DNA from: a virus
Lineage: Duplodnaviria > Caudoviricetes
Length of the DNA stretch: 39,611 nt
Reading direction: 5' to 3' (one strand)
IMG/VR virus record: IMGVR_UViG_3300031965_000082
Coordinates: 1-39,611 of that record
The position numbers and the translations under genes are program-made. This document shows, piece by piece, positions 25,240-34,840 of the stretch. The notes below the pieces were generated by a model. The model ran no database searches and was not told where the DNA came from. It saw only the letters and a program-made list of their open reading frames with translations. Numbering within the stretch: the first letter of the stretch is position 1; each line of letters begins with the position of its first letter.

Positions 25240-26424
25240 GTGGCTGCTCACTCAACACTGGCCCCCAGCTTCGCCCCAGTGTGGGGGCACTGCTCTGGCG
25301 CGGTAGCAGTCAACGCCGCCGCCCCGGAACAGTACAGCCCGGAGACTGCCGAGGGCACGGCGGCGCACTGGGTCGCGTCAGAATGCCTCAAACTCTGGCA
25401 GGAGCCTGGCGCAGGCGCCCCGCCCGCGTCGTACTGGATCGGTGAGGCCGGGGCGCCCGGCGGCATCGTCATCGACGAGGAAATTACCGAGGCGGTGCAG
25501 GTCTACGTGTCCGACGTGCTCAAAGTGGCGCAGGAGCACGGCGCGTTACGCCAGTTGCTCATCGAACACAAAGTCCACGCGCCGCAGATCCACGCCGACA
25601 ACTGGGGCACGCTCGACTGCGCGCTGTGGCTACCGGACAAAGGTCTGCTATACCTGTGGGACTATAAGCACGGGCACCGCCTCAACAGCGCCGTCGGTAA
25701 TCTACAGCTGGTCGACTACATCGCCGGACTTATCGCGGAGCTGAACATTAACGGCCACGACGATCAGCACATTACCGCCGTGCTGCGCATCGTACAGCCC
25801 CGGTGCTACCACAGCCCGACGGGGCCGGTCAGTGAGTGGCGCGTCACGCTGTCCGACTTGCGCGGGTATTTTAATACCTTGCACAACCAGGCTGCCGAGG
25901 CCTACAGCAAGCCGACGCTAACCACCGGGCTGCACTGCCGCGACTGTCCCGGCGTGGGGCGCTGCAGCGCGGCGCGCATGGCCGGGTACAGCCTGGTCGA
26001 CTACGTGCGACAACCGTTCGCGATTGACACCATGACGGCCGCTGACTTGGCCACTGAGCGCGCTATACTGTCGCGCGGACTCAAAGCCGCGCAAGCCCGG
26101 CTGGAGGCTATCGAGGACGATCTAACGCACCGCCTCAAAGCGGGCGACAGCGCAGGCACGGGGTTGTCGCTGCAATCGTCGCAGGGTCGGCGGGCGTGGT
26201 CAGTGCCACCGCCCGTGGTGCTGACGATGGCGAGACAGTTTGGCTTTGACGCCAGCAAGCCCGACGTGATCACCCCGACGCAATTTGTAAAGGCCGCCCC
26301 GGCGGCGATGCAAACAGCGGTGCAACAGGCGGTCAACGCAATATCGCACCGACCGCCCGGCGCGCTGAAATTGGTAGACGCCGCCGACTGTCGGACGGCA
26401 CTCGCTTTCAAACCCCAGGAGTAA
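25240..26424 (+). CDS. DUF2800 / Cas4-like PD-(D/E)XK exonuclease
   Basis: HS.LAPS..W..C, EGTAAH, WGTLD, DYKHG, IVQPR and HCRDC...C motifs. Confidence 0.87.
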   Translation: MAAHSTLAPSFAPVWGHCSGAVAVNAAAPEQYSPETAEGTAAHWVASECLKLWQEPGAGAPPASYWIGEAGAPGGIVIDEEITEAVQVYVSDVLKVAQEHGALRQLLIEHKVHAPQIHADNWGTLDCALWLPDKGLLYLWDYKHGHRLNSAVGNLQLVDYIAGLIAELNINGHDDQHITAVLRIVQPRCYHSPTGPVSEWRVTLSDLRGYFNTLHNQAAEAYSKPTLTTGLHCRDCPGVGRCSAARMAGYSLVDYVRQPFAIDTMTAADLATERAILSRGLKAAQARLEAIEDDLTHRLKAGDSAGTGLSLQSSQGRRAWSVPPPVVLTMARQFGFDASKPDVITPTQFVKAAPAAMQTAVQQAVNAISHRPPGALKLVDAADCRTALAFKPQE

Positions 26425-26429
26425 CAACA

Positions 26430-27161
26430 ATGCCGCAATTTGACGCAACACATGTAAAAGTAGTTGGCTGCACGGTGGTATGGGACGCTATTACGCGCCC
26501 CGGTCAAGCGCCGGACGGGAGCCCGAAATACTCGCTCAAGGTGGTGGTGCCGCCGCACAGCCAGGACATTCCGCTGTTTTCCGCACTGGCCAACAAAACG
26601 CTGTTGGAGTCGGAGTTCAAAGGTACTCTGCCCGCCGGCGGCCGCATGCCGATCGGCACCGCCCTGCAGAGTGAGTTTAACGGACTGTTTACCGGCTGGC
26701 ACGTGCTGAACTGCAACAGTCGCCGGGTGCCGGACGTGTACGACGAGAACGGCCAGCGCCTCGACCCGATGCAGTACGGGCCGCTGTTGTACTCCGGGCA
26801 AAAAGTTGACGTGCTGGTGCACTGCTACGACTACAACAACACCGGTAACCGCGGCATCGCGTGCGGCCTTGACGCCTTTGGTATCATAGCCAGCGCCAAC
26901 GCACCCCGCCAAGAGTTCGGCGGCCCCAGCGTCGACACCGCCTCGGCATTTGGCGCTGGCAGTGCCGCACCACAGCCTGGCGTGACGCCGCAGCAGAACC
27001 ACGGCATGCTGCCTGGCGCAACACCGCCACCCCCCGGCGCCGCAGCTGCCCCGCCCCCCGCCGAGGCGCGCTACAGCTACAACGGCGCTATCTACACCGA
27101 GGCGCAGCTCAAGGCGGGCGGCTGGACCGACGCGCAAATCGCCACGCTGCCCGCCGCGTAG
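26430..27161 (+). CDS. ssDNA-binding protein (DUF2815-like)
   Basis: PKYS, YSG and Y...GNRGIACGL motifs, Pro/Ala linker; lies between DUF2800 and the polymerase. Confidence 0.82.
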   Translation: MPQFDATHVKVVGCTVVWDAITRPGQAPDGSPKYSLKVVVPPHSQDIPLFSALANKTLLESEFKGTLPAGGRMPIGTALQSEFNGLFTGWHVLNCNSRRVPDVYDENGQRLDPMQYGPLLYSGQKVDVLVHCYDYNNTGNRGIACGLDAFGIIASANAPRQEFGGPSVDTASAFGAGSAAPQPGVTPQQNHGMLPGATPPPPGAAAAPPPAEARYSYNGAIYTEAQLKAGGWTDAQIATLPAA

Positions 27162-27162
27162 C

Positions 27163-29427
27163 GTGGCGCACAGCCCCATCATACTCCCCGCCGGGGTCTC
27201 CACGCCCCGGCCCTCTATCGACTTTGAGACCTACAGCGAGGCCGGCTTCACGCTGGGCTTTGACGGCAAGGTGCGCGGCGTCGGGCCGCAGGGTAAAGGC
27301 GGCCTGCCTGTTGTTGGCGCCCCGGCCTACGCGGAGCACCACAGCACCGAGGTACTGGTCGCGCGCTACGACCTCAAAGCGGGCGCGGGGCTGCGTCAGT
27401 GGCTCCCGACGGATCCGCCGCCGCAAGACTTGCTAGACCACGTTAAGGCGGGCGGCATGCTCGCCGCGTGGAACGCCGCCTTTGAGTGGTACATCTGGAA
27501 TTTTGTGTGCACCCGCCGTTACGGCTGGCCGCCGTTGCCGCTGGAGCAGTGCCTGTGCGACATGGCCAAGTCGAGGCGGTACAGCCTGCCTGGCTCGCTC
27601 GACAACGCCGCTAAGGTCATCGGCGGCCAGCTCAAAGACAGCCGGGGCAAGGCGTTGATACAAAAGCTGACGCGCCCACACACGCCCACCAAAAACCGCC
27701 CCGCCCCGCGCTGGACAGCCTCCACCGCACCGGAAGACTACTCCGCACTGTACGACTACTGCGGGCAGGACGTGATATCCGAGGACAACGCCGCGGCGCA
27801 CACCCCAGACCTCAGCCCCGCAGAACTGGAAGTATGGCGCGCCGACCAGCGCGTTAACGCCCGCGGCGTGCAGGTCGATACCGTGGCGCTGGGCAATTGC
27901 CTGGCGGTGCTGGGACAAGCGGAGCGGCGCTTTACTCAGGAGCTGGCCGCGCTGACCGGGGGCGCGGTTGGCAGCGTATCGGAAACCGCCAAAATGGGCG
28001 ACTGGTTGGCGTCGCGGGGGTGCGGGCTGCCCAACCTGCAGGCAGAAACCGTGCAGGACGCGCTTGACGGCAAGCTGTTTCCGCTCACAGAGGAGTGCCG
28101 CCGGGCGCTGGAGATACGCGCGTTGCTGGGGAGCTCCAACGTCAAAAAGCTGCGCACCTTAGCGTTGCAGGTCAACAGCGACGGGCGCCTGCGCGACCAG
28201 TATACCTACTGCGGCGCCGACCGCACGGGGCGCTGGTCGGCAGGTGGCGTGCAGCTGCAGAATATCACCGCCAAAGGCCCCAAAACAGCCGAGTGCGAAG
28301 GGTGCGGCAAAGTGTTCGGTCGTGACGGCGAGGGCGTCGGGTGCCCCCGCTGCGGCGCGTGGATGGTTCGCGAGCTGCCGGAGTGGGACGTGCAGGCCGC
28401 ACAGCAAGCGATAGACGACATGGCGCACCGCGACCTCGACATGATACTCCGCGTATGGGGTGACGCCGTGGCGGTGCTGTGCGGCTGCCTGCGGGCGCTG
28501 TTTGTCGCCAAGCCGGGCCACGACTTAGTGTGTGTCGATTACTCCGCGATCGAGGCGGTGGTGGCGGCGTGCATATCACGCTGTCAGTGGCGCATCGATG
28601 CGTTCGCAGCCGGCAAAGATATATACCTTGAATCGATATCGCGCATCACCCGCACACCGTACGCCGTTTATGAGCAGCACCGTCAAGCGACTGGCTCCCA
28701 CCACCCCGACCGCAAGCGCGGCAAAGTCGCGGAGCTGGCCAGCGGGTTCGGCGGCTGGGTCGGCGCATGGCTCGCCTTCGGGGCCGGCGACTTGATGAAC
28801 GAGGACGAAATCAAGGACGCCATTCTCGCCTGGCGCGACGCGTCACCCGAGATTGTCGACATGTGGGGAGGCCAGTTTCGTTGGTGCGGCCCCGGCAAGT
28901 GGGATTACCGCGCGGAGCTGCACGGGCTGGAAGGCGCCGCTATTCAGGCGGTCATGTTCCCAGGCTCACCGTTTGAGTGTAACGACATCACGTATGTCGT
29001 CCACGATGAGGTGCTTTGGTGCGTGCTGCCGTCCGGACGGCGGCTGTACTACCACCGCCCGCGCCTGGTGCCTGCAGAGGACAAGCTGCGCCGCGGCCCG
29101 GCCTGGTCGCTCACGTTTGAAGGGTACAACAGCAACGCCACAAAGGGCCCTGTCGGCTGGCACCGCATGGAGACCTACGGCGGCCGCCTGTTCGAGAATG
29201 TGGTCCAGGCTATCGCCCGCGACATACTGGCCGCCGGCCTGGTGCGCTGCGAGGCAAACGGCTACCCGGTAGTGATGCACACCCATGACGAGCTGGTGGC
29301 GGAAGTGCCGGAGAGTACCGGCAGCGTCGGACACATGACGGCGTTACTCATTGAGCGCTTGCCGTGGTGCAGCTGGTGGCCGATACGTGCCGCCGGGTGG
29401 CGGCACAAGCGGTACCAGAAGGACTAA
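27163..29427 (+). CDS. DNA polymerase, family A, with 3'-5' exonuclease
   Basis: Exo motifs DFET, NAAFE and YCGQD; RTGRWS; motif A DYSAIE, motif B RKRGKVAEL, ENVVQA.ARD and motif C HDE. Confidence 0.94.
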   Translation: MAHSPIILPAGVSTPRPSIDFETYSEAGFTLGFDGKVRGVGPQGKGGLPVVGAPAYAEHHSTEVLVARYDLKAGAGLRQWLPTDPPPQDLLDHVKAGGMLAAWNAAFEWYIWNFVCTRRYGWPPLPLEQCLCDMAKSRRYSLPGSLDNAAKVIGGQLKDSRGKALIQKLTRPHTPTKNRPAPRWTASTAPEDYSALYDYCGQDVISEDNAAAHTPDLSPAELEVWRADQRVNARGVQVDTVALGNCLAVLGQAERRFTQELAALTGGAVGSVSETAKMGDWLASRGCGLPNLQAETVQDALDGKLFPLTEECRRALEIRALLGSSNVKKLRTLALQVNSDGRLRDQYTYCGADRTGRWSAGGVQLQNITAKGPKTAECEGCGKVFGRDGEGVGCPRCGAWMVRELPEWDVQAAQQAIDDMAHRDLDMILRVWGDAVAVLCGCLRALFVAKPGHDLVCVDYSAIEAVVAACISRCQWRIDAFAAGKDIYLESISRITRTPYAVYEQHRQATGSHHPDRKRGKVAELASGFGGWVGAWLAFGAGDLMNEDEIKDAILAWRDASPEIVDMWGGQFRWCGPGKWDYRAELHGLEGAAIQAVMFPGSPFECNDITYVVHDEVLWCVLPSGRRLYYHRPRLVPAEDKLRRGPAWSLTFEGYNSNATKGPVGWHRMETYGGRLFENVVQAIARDILAAGLVRCEANGYPVVMHTHDELVAEVPESTGSVGHMTALLIERLPWCSWWPIRAAGWRHKRYQKD

Positions 29428-29429
29428 CG

Positions 29430-31355
29430 CTATGTGGCCGATGAGCGGGATATCTCGACCCAGCCCGCCAGGTCATCGTCCCACGTTAAGCGGATCCGGT
29501 CGGCCAGCTCGTCAAGCGTAAAGTCGGCGCCTCCGGTCAGGTATAGATTACCGGTGCCGTGCTCCAGCGTGACGGTCCTCGCCACGTCCTTAATGTTGAG
29601 CGTCACGGTGTCGCCCGACACAAGCTGTTCGGTACCGCCCTTGAAGTCGTTGAGCGTGTCTATCACGACGTTGCCGTCTGACGCCAGATTGAGCGGCATC
29701 GGGCCGGCGTTATTGGGCAGGTCCACCGACGGGCCAGTGGTGATGAATTTCTGCGGCAGTCCGTTGGTGGACAGACTTAGACCTCCCCAGCTGTTGGTGC
29801 TGCCTATCTCTATGCGCTTGCCGTCCGCCGCCGTGTTGGGCAGTATGAGCCCGACCGGGCCGGTCATGTTGGCGTCAGCGTTGTTGCCGCGGTAGATAAA
29901 GCCGTTGACGTCGACTACCTCCGCGATGGCGTCAATGTCGCCGCTCGCCCGGGCAAAGCCGCAACCGTCAATCGTTATGACGCCGTTGGGGCTGCTGCCG
30001 ACCAGAATAGCGGTATGGAACTCCTGGAACTGGCACTGCAACAGGTTGGTGTCCAGGACACCCAACAGCGCCATGGCGTAGCCGCCACCGACGTAGTTCT
30101 CGGTCTCTATCAGGCAGGACGTGAATTTTGTCTGGCGCGGCAACACGGTAGCGGAGCGCTCAACTACAATGTTGGACAGGTCGTCTGTGCTCTCGTCGCC
30201 GTTGTCGAGAATGTCGCAGGCGTCGAAGCCCGTTAGCGCCACGTTACCGAAAATAGACACGCCCGGTCCGGTGCAATCAGTGATTACCGCGCGCAGGGCC
30301 CGCACCAGGTTAACGTGCGCGGTGGCGTCGTCCACTTCGCTGCCTGATATCGCTAAGCCCGCAGACCCGCAATTTTTGATCAGGCAATCCACAATCGTTA
30401 TGCTGCGGTGCGAAAAGCCATCGTCCGGCGCTATCCTTATCCCGTCCTGCGCGGTAAAGCTGCCCTGCGTCGCGGTACCGTCGATAGTCAGCTCGCTAAT
30501 TGATACCCGCTGCACGTCAGCGTCAGCCTGCAACGTAATAACCGGGGAGTTTGTCGCGGGCAGCAGCGTCACGTCGCGATTGATCCCCCGCAAGCTGACG
30601 CCGGGGCGCAGGATGATGTTGCACTTATACGTCCCCCCGCCCGTCGTCGGGAATATGAGCTCGCCGCCGCCGTCCGCCGACATCGTATCGACAGCGGCCT
30701 GTATGGCGGCGGTATCGTCTATTGATCCGTTACCGACGGCGCCGTACTGCGCCACGTTGATGCGGTCGGAGTCCAGAATGACGATTGCCTGGTGGCCAGA
30801 CCCGGCCAGGTCGATAACGCTGCCGCCGTCCGCCGTTCCGGTGCCCGCCGGGTAGATGCGGTACCGCGCGCCGCCTTGGTCGCTGGTCGCCAGGTAGCCT
30901 TGCGTTTCCACGACATTACCGATCTGCAACGAGGCGTCCGCCGCCATGTTGGCCACAGTGGCTTTGTTGAGTATGATCTCACCGCCGTACAGGTCGACCG
31001 ACTGGACGACAAAAAACTTGTCCTCATCATCAGCGGTCCACGTGCCCGACGTGGTGAACGGCAGCGCCGACGGTAACGGCGCGTAAATGATGCCGTCGCG
31101 GTCGATAGTTTTAGTACCGTCCGTTACCTCAAAGACAATGCCTGAGTCATAGTCGACAGGCGGCTGAAACCCCAGCTTGACGAGGGCGCCGGACAGTGTG
31201 TCCAACTCCCGGCCGCTTTTGGTCGTGGTCGTCAGCGCGGGCGACTCCACCACGTCACTGATAGTCTGCAAGTCGGCTTTGAGCCCGACCAGATCCCCGG
31301 CGGTGACAATCTGGCTGCTGTCGCAGTCACACGGTACCGTACAATTACAGCTCAT
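29430..31355 (-). CDS. Tailspike / receptor-binding protein with pectate-lyase-like beta-helix
   Basis: Tailspike N-domain (LPFTTSGTW), INVAQYGAVGNGSIDDTAAIQAA, then beta-helix repeats. Confidence 0.85.
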   Translation of the reverse strand: MSCNCTVPCDCDSSQIVTAGDLVGLKADLQTISDVVESPALTTTTKSGRELDTLSGALVKLGFQPPVDYDSGIVFEVTDGTKTIDRDGIIYAPLPSALPFTTSGTWTADDEDKFFVVQSVDLYGGEIILNKATVANMAADASLQIGNVVETQGYLATSDQGGARYRIYPAGTGTADGGSVIDLAGSGHQAIVILDSDRINVAQYGAVGNGSIDDTAAIQAAVDTMSADGGGELIFPTTGGGTYKCNIILRPGVSLRGINRDVTLLPATNSPVITLQADADVQRVSISELTIDGTATQGSFTAQDGIRIAPDDGFSHRSITIVDCLIKNCGSAGLAISGSEVDDATAHVNLVRALRAVITDCTGPGVSIFGNVALTGFDACDILDNGDESTDDLSNIVVERSATVLPRQTKFTSCLIETENYVGGGYAMALLGVLDTNLLQCQFQEFHTAILVGSSPNGVITIDGCGFARASGDIDAIAEVVDVNGFIYRGNNADANMTGPVGLILPNTAADGKRIEIGSTNSWGGLSLSTNGLPQKFITTGPSVDLPNNAGPMPLNLASDGNVVIDTLNDFKGGTEQLVSGDTVTLNIKDVARTVTLEHGTGNLYLTGGADFTLDELADRIRLTWDDDLAGWVEISRSSAT

Positions 31356-33937
31356 ATGTCCACCTTCGCCGGGGGTTCCCGGTCATCCGCCGCGTAATAC
31401 TCTGGGGCGTAGTTTATCAGTTCCAGCCGGACATTACCGTCCGCGTCCGGTGTTTTGCGTTGCAGCAGATAGGCCTGCGCTAGCTCGTTGCCGTCAGGGC
31501 CGAAGCTATACAGCGTCCCGCGCTGCACCCCCAGCATGCCGCGCGTCAGTATATCAAACCCGGCGTCCCGGCTCAGCCGGAAGCCGCACTTTGTACCGGG
31601 CAACTCAGTCACGGTGATGGGGGCGACGGGACGCCCCTCCTGGTCGCGCAGCGTGACGCTGTACACGGTATCGGGCCGGAAGTGGCATTCCTGAGACGTG
31701 TAGACGTTGCGCCCGTCCACGCGCGCCACCTCGCCGTCAGACTCCAGTCGAGATAGGCGGGTACCGTCCACGTGCTGAATACGGGCGTTAAGCGGGTACA
31801 ACATGCCGTCCAGGCTCACCGTGGACTCGACCGACACGCGCTGATAGATCAAACGGCGGTACTCAAACTGCGCCCGGTCCCACGCCTGCACGTACTGGCG
31901 TATCCCAGTGGCCTCGACCTTTATCGGGTTGACCGCTGCCGGCTGTCCGTAGTGCTCGTCATCCTCCGGCAGGTCGTCCGGCAGCGTGATGAGCCGCGTC
32001 ACGTTGTCGTCAATGTCGTTGTACTCCAGCTGCACCCCGTCGTTGTCTAGCGGACGGTTGAAGCTGACCGTACGGTTCTCCGCGTCGGGCAGCTTGTTGC
32101 GCCGGTTAATCAGCCCTCGCGCAATGGGCTGCGCCTCGTCTCGGGTGGCGCTAAAGCGGGATCCTTCGCGGTACATAAAGGCGCGGGCGGCCTGAGTGAT
32201 CAACCGCAGCTCCTCCAGGGCGGGAGTGTCGCGGTTGTCGAACGTATACGAAAACTCCCCTTTCTTGCCGTCAAATACGCCGTCTAGCGCATCCTGCAGC
32301 AGGTAGATCGACTCAACATCAACGTTTGCCAGCGAGCGCGCCGCCAGTGCCGGGTCAAGCATATAGTGCAGAAAGCAGTCCGCCATGCGCCGGGAGGCGG
32401 TCAGCCCCGCGCCGGTTGCGATATCGCCCACCACTTGCTCGCCGTCCCATGTGACGACCTTGCGGGTTGCCCGCATGTTAAACTGACGCTCCTGCAACGC
32501 GGCAACCTGCTGCGTCGCCCGGGTCTCGATCATCACGCGCGTGGTGCCGGTGACGTCCGGGGCGGTAATATCCTCGATGCCGGCCAGGCGTGCCCACTTG
32601 ATATCCTCCAGCAGCGTGACCTCTGTCGGGTCGGTATCGGTCGTGCGCTGACCCTTGACGCGGTACCGCGTATCGAGCACCAAGCCGTCAGCCTCGACCA
32701 CTTTAAACGTCCAGAACAGCTCGTCGCGGCTGTTATCCGACACCGTAATCGGGTAGACGAACGACGGGCCGACCGGGGTGCCCGCTGCGTCGATCTCCTC
32801 GAAGGTAAACTGCAGCGATACCGACTTAACTTTGTCCAGCTTATCGCCCTGCGCCAGGCCCCGGGGCGCCGTCAGGTCAAGCCACACCGCGGCGTTGCGC
32901 GTGGTGCCCGGTACCACGAATGGGCCGATTACCGGGTTTTTGCCGGGTATCTCAATTATAGGGTCGAGCGGGTCGCCGCCCGTGCTCAACAAAATGTCCT
33001 CGGTGACCCCGTCGAAGTTGGCCCAGTTGGCGTTTTCCGCCGCGGCTGACAGCAGCGTGATGCTGGTCGCGCCCGCCGTGTCGACCGTGTACGTGCCGAT
33101 CAGACTCAAGTCGTCTACGCCGTCATTTGACCACACGTCGACCAGTGTCACTGTGTCGCCGCTCTCGAAGGCGGTAAAGTCCGCGCCGCTGATCGTCGCC
33201 TTGTCGGTACCGGAGACATACGTCACTGTGTCGCCTGCACCCAGGGAGACCGTCGCCTCCTCGTTAGGCCCTATCATCAGCTGCCCGCTGACCTCGTTGG
33301 ACTGGCGCGTTTTGAGCACCTCGGGCGGCGTCTCTCCGGGCTCGTACACGTCGACCGTGGACCCCGCTATGTCACTGATCAGCGTATTGCCGCTGCTAAA
33401 ATCCTCCAGCAGGTAGTGCCCGCGCCCGACGCACAGATACTCACGCTGGTACTTTATGTTGTCGATAAACTCGGAGACCGTCGGCGCTATCAAGTCGGGG
33501 TAGCTCAGCACCTCGCCGAACGGATCCGGTACGCGGTCCAGTAGCCGGGCAATGTTGGTTTGTCCCGACAGCGCGTTGTTGGGGCTGCGACGTTGTTGGC
33601 GTCCGTCGCCGCCTAAGTCAGGCACAGGCATGAGCAGCGCCACGGCCACGGATACAACGATAGCAACGATGATGGCGGCGGTAATCGGGTCGAGGCCCTG
33701 CGGCCGGTGCAGGATATACACAGGCGCGTCAGGCACAACGTCCAGCTGGCTAAAATCCTCCAGGTCGAGGCGGCGCAGTCCGTTCGGTGGCCCGATAAAT
33801 ACCGCAGTCGGCACGGAAAATCCGTCCGGCCCGTACTGTTGAAGGATCCAGTCGGCCAGCGTCTGCCCGTCCTCCGGGTGGTGTATGTCCCGGTCGGCGA
33901 CGTTGCCGGGGTCGTTAATGACGACTATCGGGTACAT
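31352..33937 (-). CDS. Tail tip / host specificity protein (gpJ-like)
   Basis: SPNNALSGQTN.AR...RVPD.FG.V.SYPDL and later NDGV.LEY motifs; follows NlpC. Confidence 0.87.
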   Translation of the reverse strand: MYPIVVINDPGNVADRDIHHPEDGQTLADWILQQYGPDGFSVPTAVFIGPPNGLRRLDLEDFSQLDVVPDAPVYILHRPQGLDPITAAIIVAIVVSVAVALLMPVPDLGGDGRQQRRSPNNALSGQTNIARLLDRVPDPFGEVLSYPDLIAPTVSEFIDNIKYQREYLCVGRGHYLLEDFSSGNTLISDIAGSTVDVYEPGETPPEVLKTRQSNEVSGQLMIGPNEEATVSLGAGDTVTYVSGTDKATISGADFTAFESGDTVTLVDVWSNDGVDDLSLIGTYTVDTAGATSITLLSAAAENANWANFDGVTEDILLSTGGDPLDPIIEIPGKNPVIGPFVVPGTTRNAAVWLDLTAPRGLAQGDKLDKVKSVSLQFTFEEIDAAGTPVGPSFVYPITVSDNSRDELFWTFKVVEADGLVLDTRYRVKGQRTTDTDPTEVTLLEDIKWARLAGIEDITAPDVTGTTRVMIETRATQQVAALQERQFNMRATRKVVTWDGEQVVGDIATGAGLTASRRMADCFLHYMLDPALAARSLANVDVESIYLLQDALDGVFDGKKGEFSYTFDNRDTPALEELRLITQAARAFMYREGSRFSATRDEAQPIARGLINRRNKLPDAENRTVSFNRPLDNDGVQLEYNDIDDNVTRLITLPDDLPEDDEHYGQPAAVNPIKVEATGIRQYVQAWDRAQFEYRRLIYQRVSVESTVSLDGMLYPLNARIQHVDGTRLSRLESDGEVARVDGRNVYTSQECHFRPDTVYSVTLRDQEGRPVAPITVTELPGTKCGFRLSRDAGFDILTRGMLGVQRGTLYSFGPDGNELAQAYLLQRKTPDADGNVRLELINYAPEYYAADDREPPAKVDI

Positions 33938-34325
33938 ATCGATAGAACTCTACTCGTTTAAAGAGGCGGCGCAACATGCGTAGGTTATCGTACGCTGTTC
34001 GCCCCGGGCGGTCAGGGTGGCCCATGCAATGCAGCACGTTGCCCTCCTCCACGTACAGGCCTATGTGCATCGCGTTGCCTTTGGCGTTGCGAAACAGCAC
34101 CGCACAGCCCGGCTCCGGTCCGGTGACGCGGCACCACTGCGGTTGGCCGGCGTGCTGGTCGAACAGCAGCGCGTTAAGTGCTTGGTCGGATTGTTCGGGT
34201 ATCTCGACCCCCGGCACGTCCACGCCAAACACGTCGCGCGACGCTTTGCGGAATACCGCCCAACAGTCGTTGACGCCGTACACCCAATCAGTGCCGACCA
34301 TTGCGTTGATGGCGTCGATGTTCAT
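33915..34325 (-). CDS. NlpC/P60 tail assembly protein (gpK-like)
   Basis: DCW, HIGLY and VLH catalytic motifs. Confidence 0.87.
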   Translation of the reverse strand: MNIDAINAMVGTDWVYGVNDCWAVFRKASRDVFGVDVPGVEIPEQSDQALNALLFDQHAGQPQWCRVTGPEPGCAVLFRNAKGNAMHIGLYVEEGNVLHCMGHPDRPGRTAYDNLRMLRRLFKRVEFYRYVPDSRH

Positions 34326-34840
34326 TCACGCAACCCCGCGAACAGCTCTCCCGTGTATAGCTTGCCGGCCCGCTTCTGGCTCAAGTCTACGTCCTCCGCG
34401 GTGAACGACACCGACGTGGGGCCGCTAAACGCCAGCGCCGCAGCGTACAAGTACAACGGCGGGACGGCGGGCTGCGACAGGTCGCCGCTGTAGTACTTGC
34501 GGTACACCACTTCGACGCCGGTAAAGTAGCCGAGACCGCTGATCTGGTCGGTAATTTCGTGTATGGTGCCGTCCACGTTGCCGAACTCGACCTGCAGCGT
34601 CTGCTCCACGTCCTGGCGCTCGGCGGGCTCAACAATGCGTAGCGTGGAGCCCGTAAACACCACATCATCGCCCGGGTCGCGCGGCGCGTCACCCTCAAGC
34701 GTGGCGATGAGTACGAAGTAGTTGGTCACAAACCGGTAGACGCGCTCCAGCTGCGGGTGCCATATCTCCAGCGTGCGGTACTCGCGCTGCGCTTCAGGCA
34801 CGTTGGCGACAAAGCGTTGCCACTGCTCCAGCGTCGCCAT
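34322..34840 (-). CDS. DUF1833-like minor tail protein
   Basis: TLEI.HP, YR.Y.S.DLS.P and YT.E.F.GL motifs. Confidence 0.8.
   Translation of the reverse strand: MATLEQWQRFVANVPEAQREYRTLEIWHPQLERVYRFVTNYFVLIATLEGDAPRDPGDDVVFTGSTLRIVEPAERQDVEQTLQVEFGNVDGTIHEITDQISGLGYFTGVEVVYRKYYSGDLSQPAVPPLYLYAAALAFSGPTSVSFTAEDVDLSQKRAGKLYTGELFAGLRE

Noticed and set aside
25240-26424. Cas4 as part of a CRISPR system
   Set aside because: There is no array or other cas gene. DUF2800-SSB-PolA is a standard phage replication module.
1131-27203. Long antisense or alternate-frame ORFs (e.g. 1131..2108, 11811..12533, 26001..27203)
   Set aside because: They are shadows of GC-rich genes, lack motifs and RBS, and fully overlap well-supported CDSs.
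27163-29427. DpoZ / Z-genome polymerase (Phe in the motif B GFG)
   Set aside because: No purZ, datZ or mazZ gene is recognisable, and one residue is not diagnostic.
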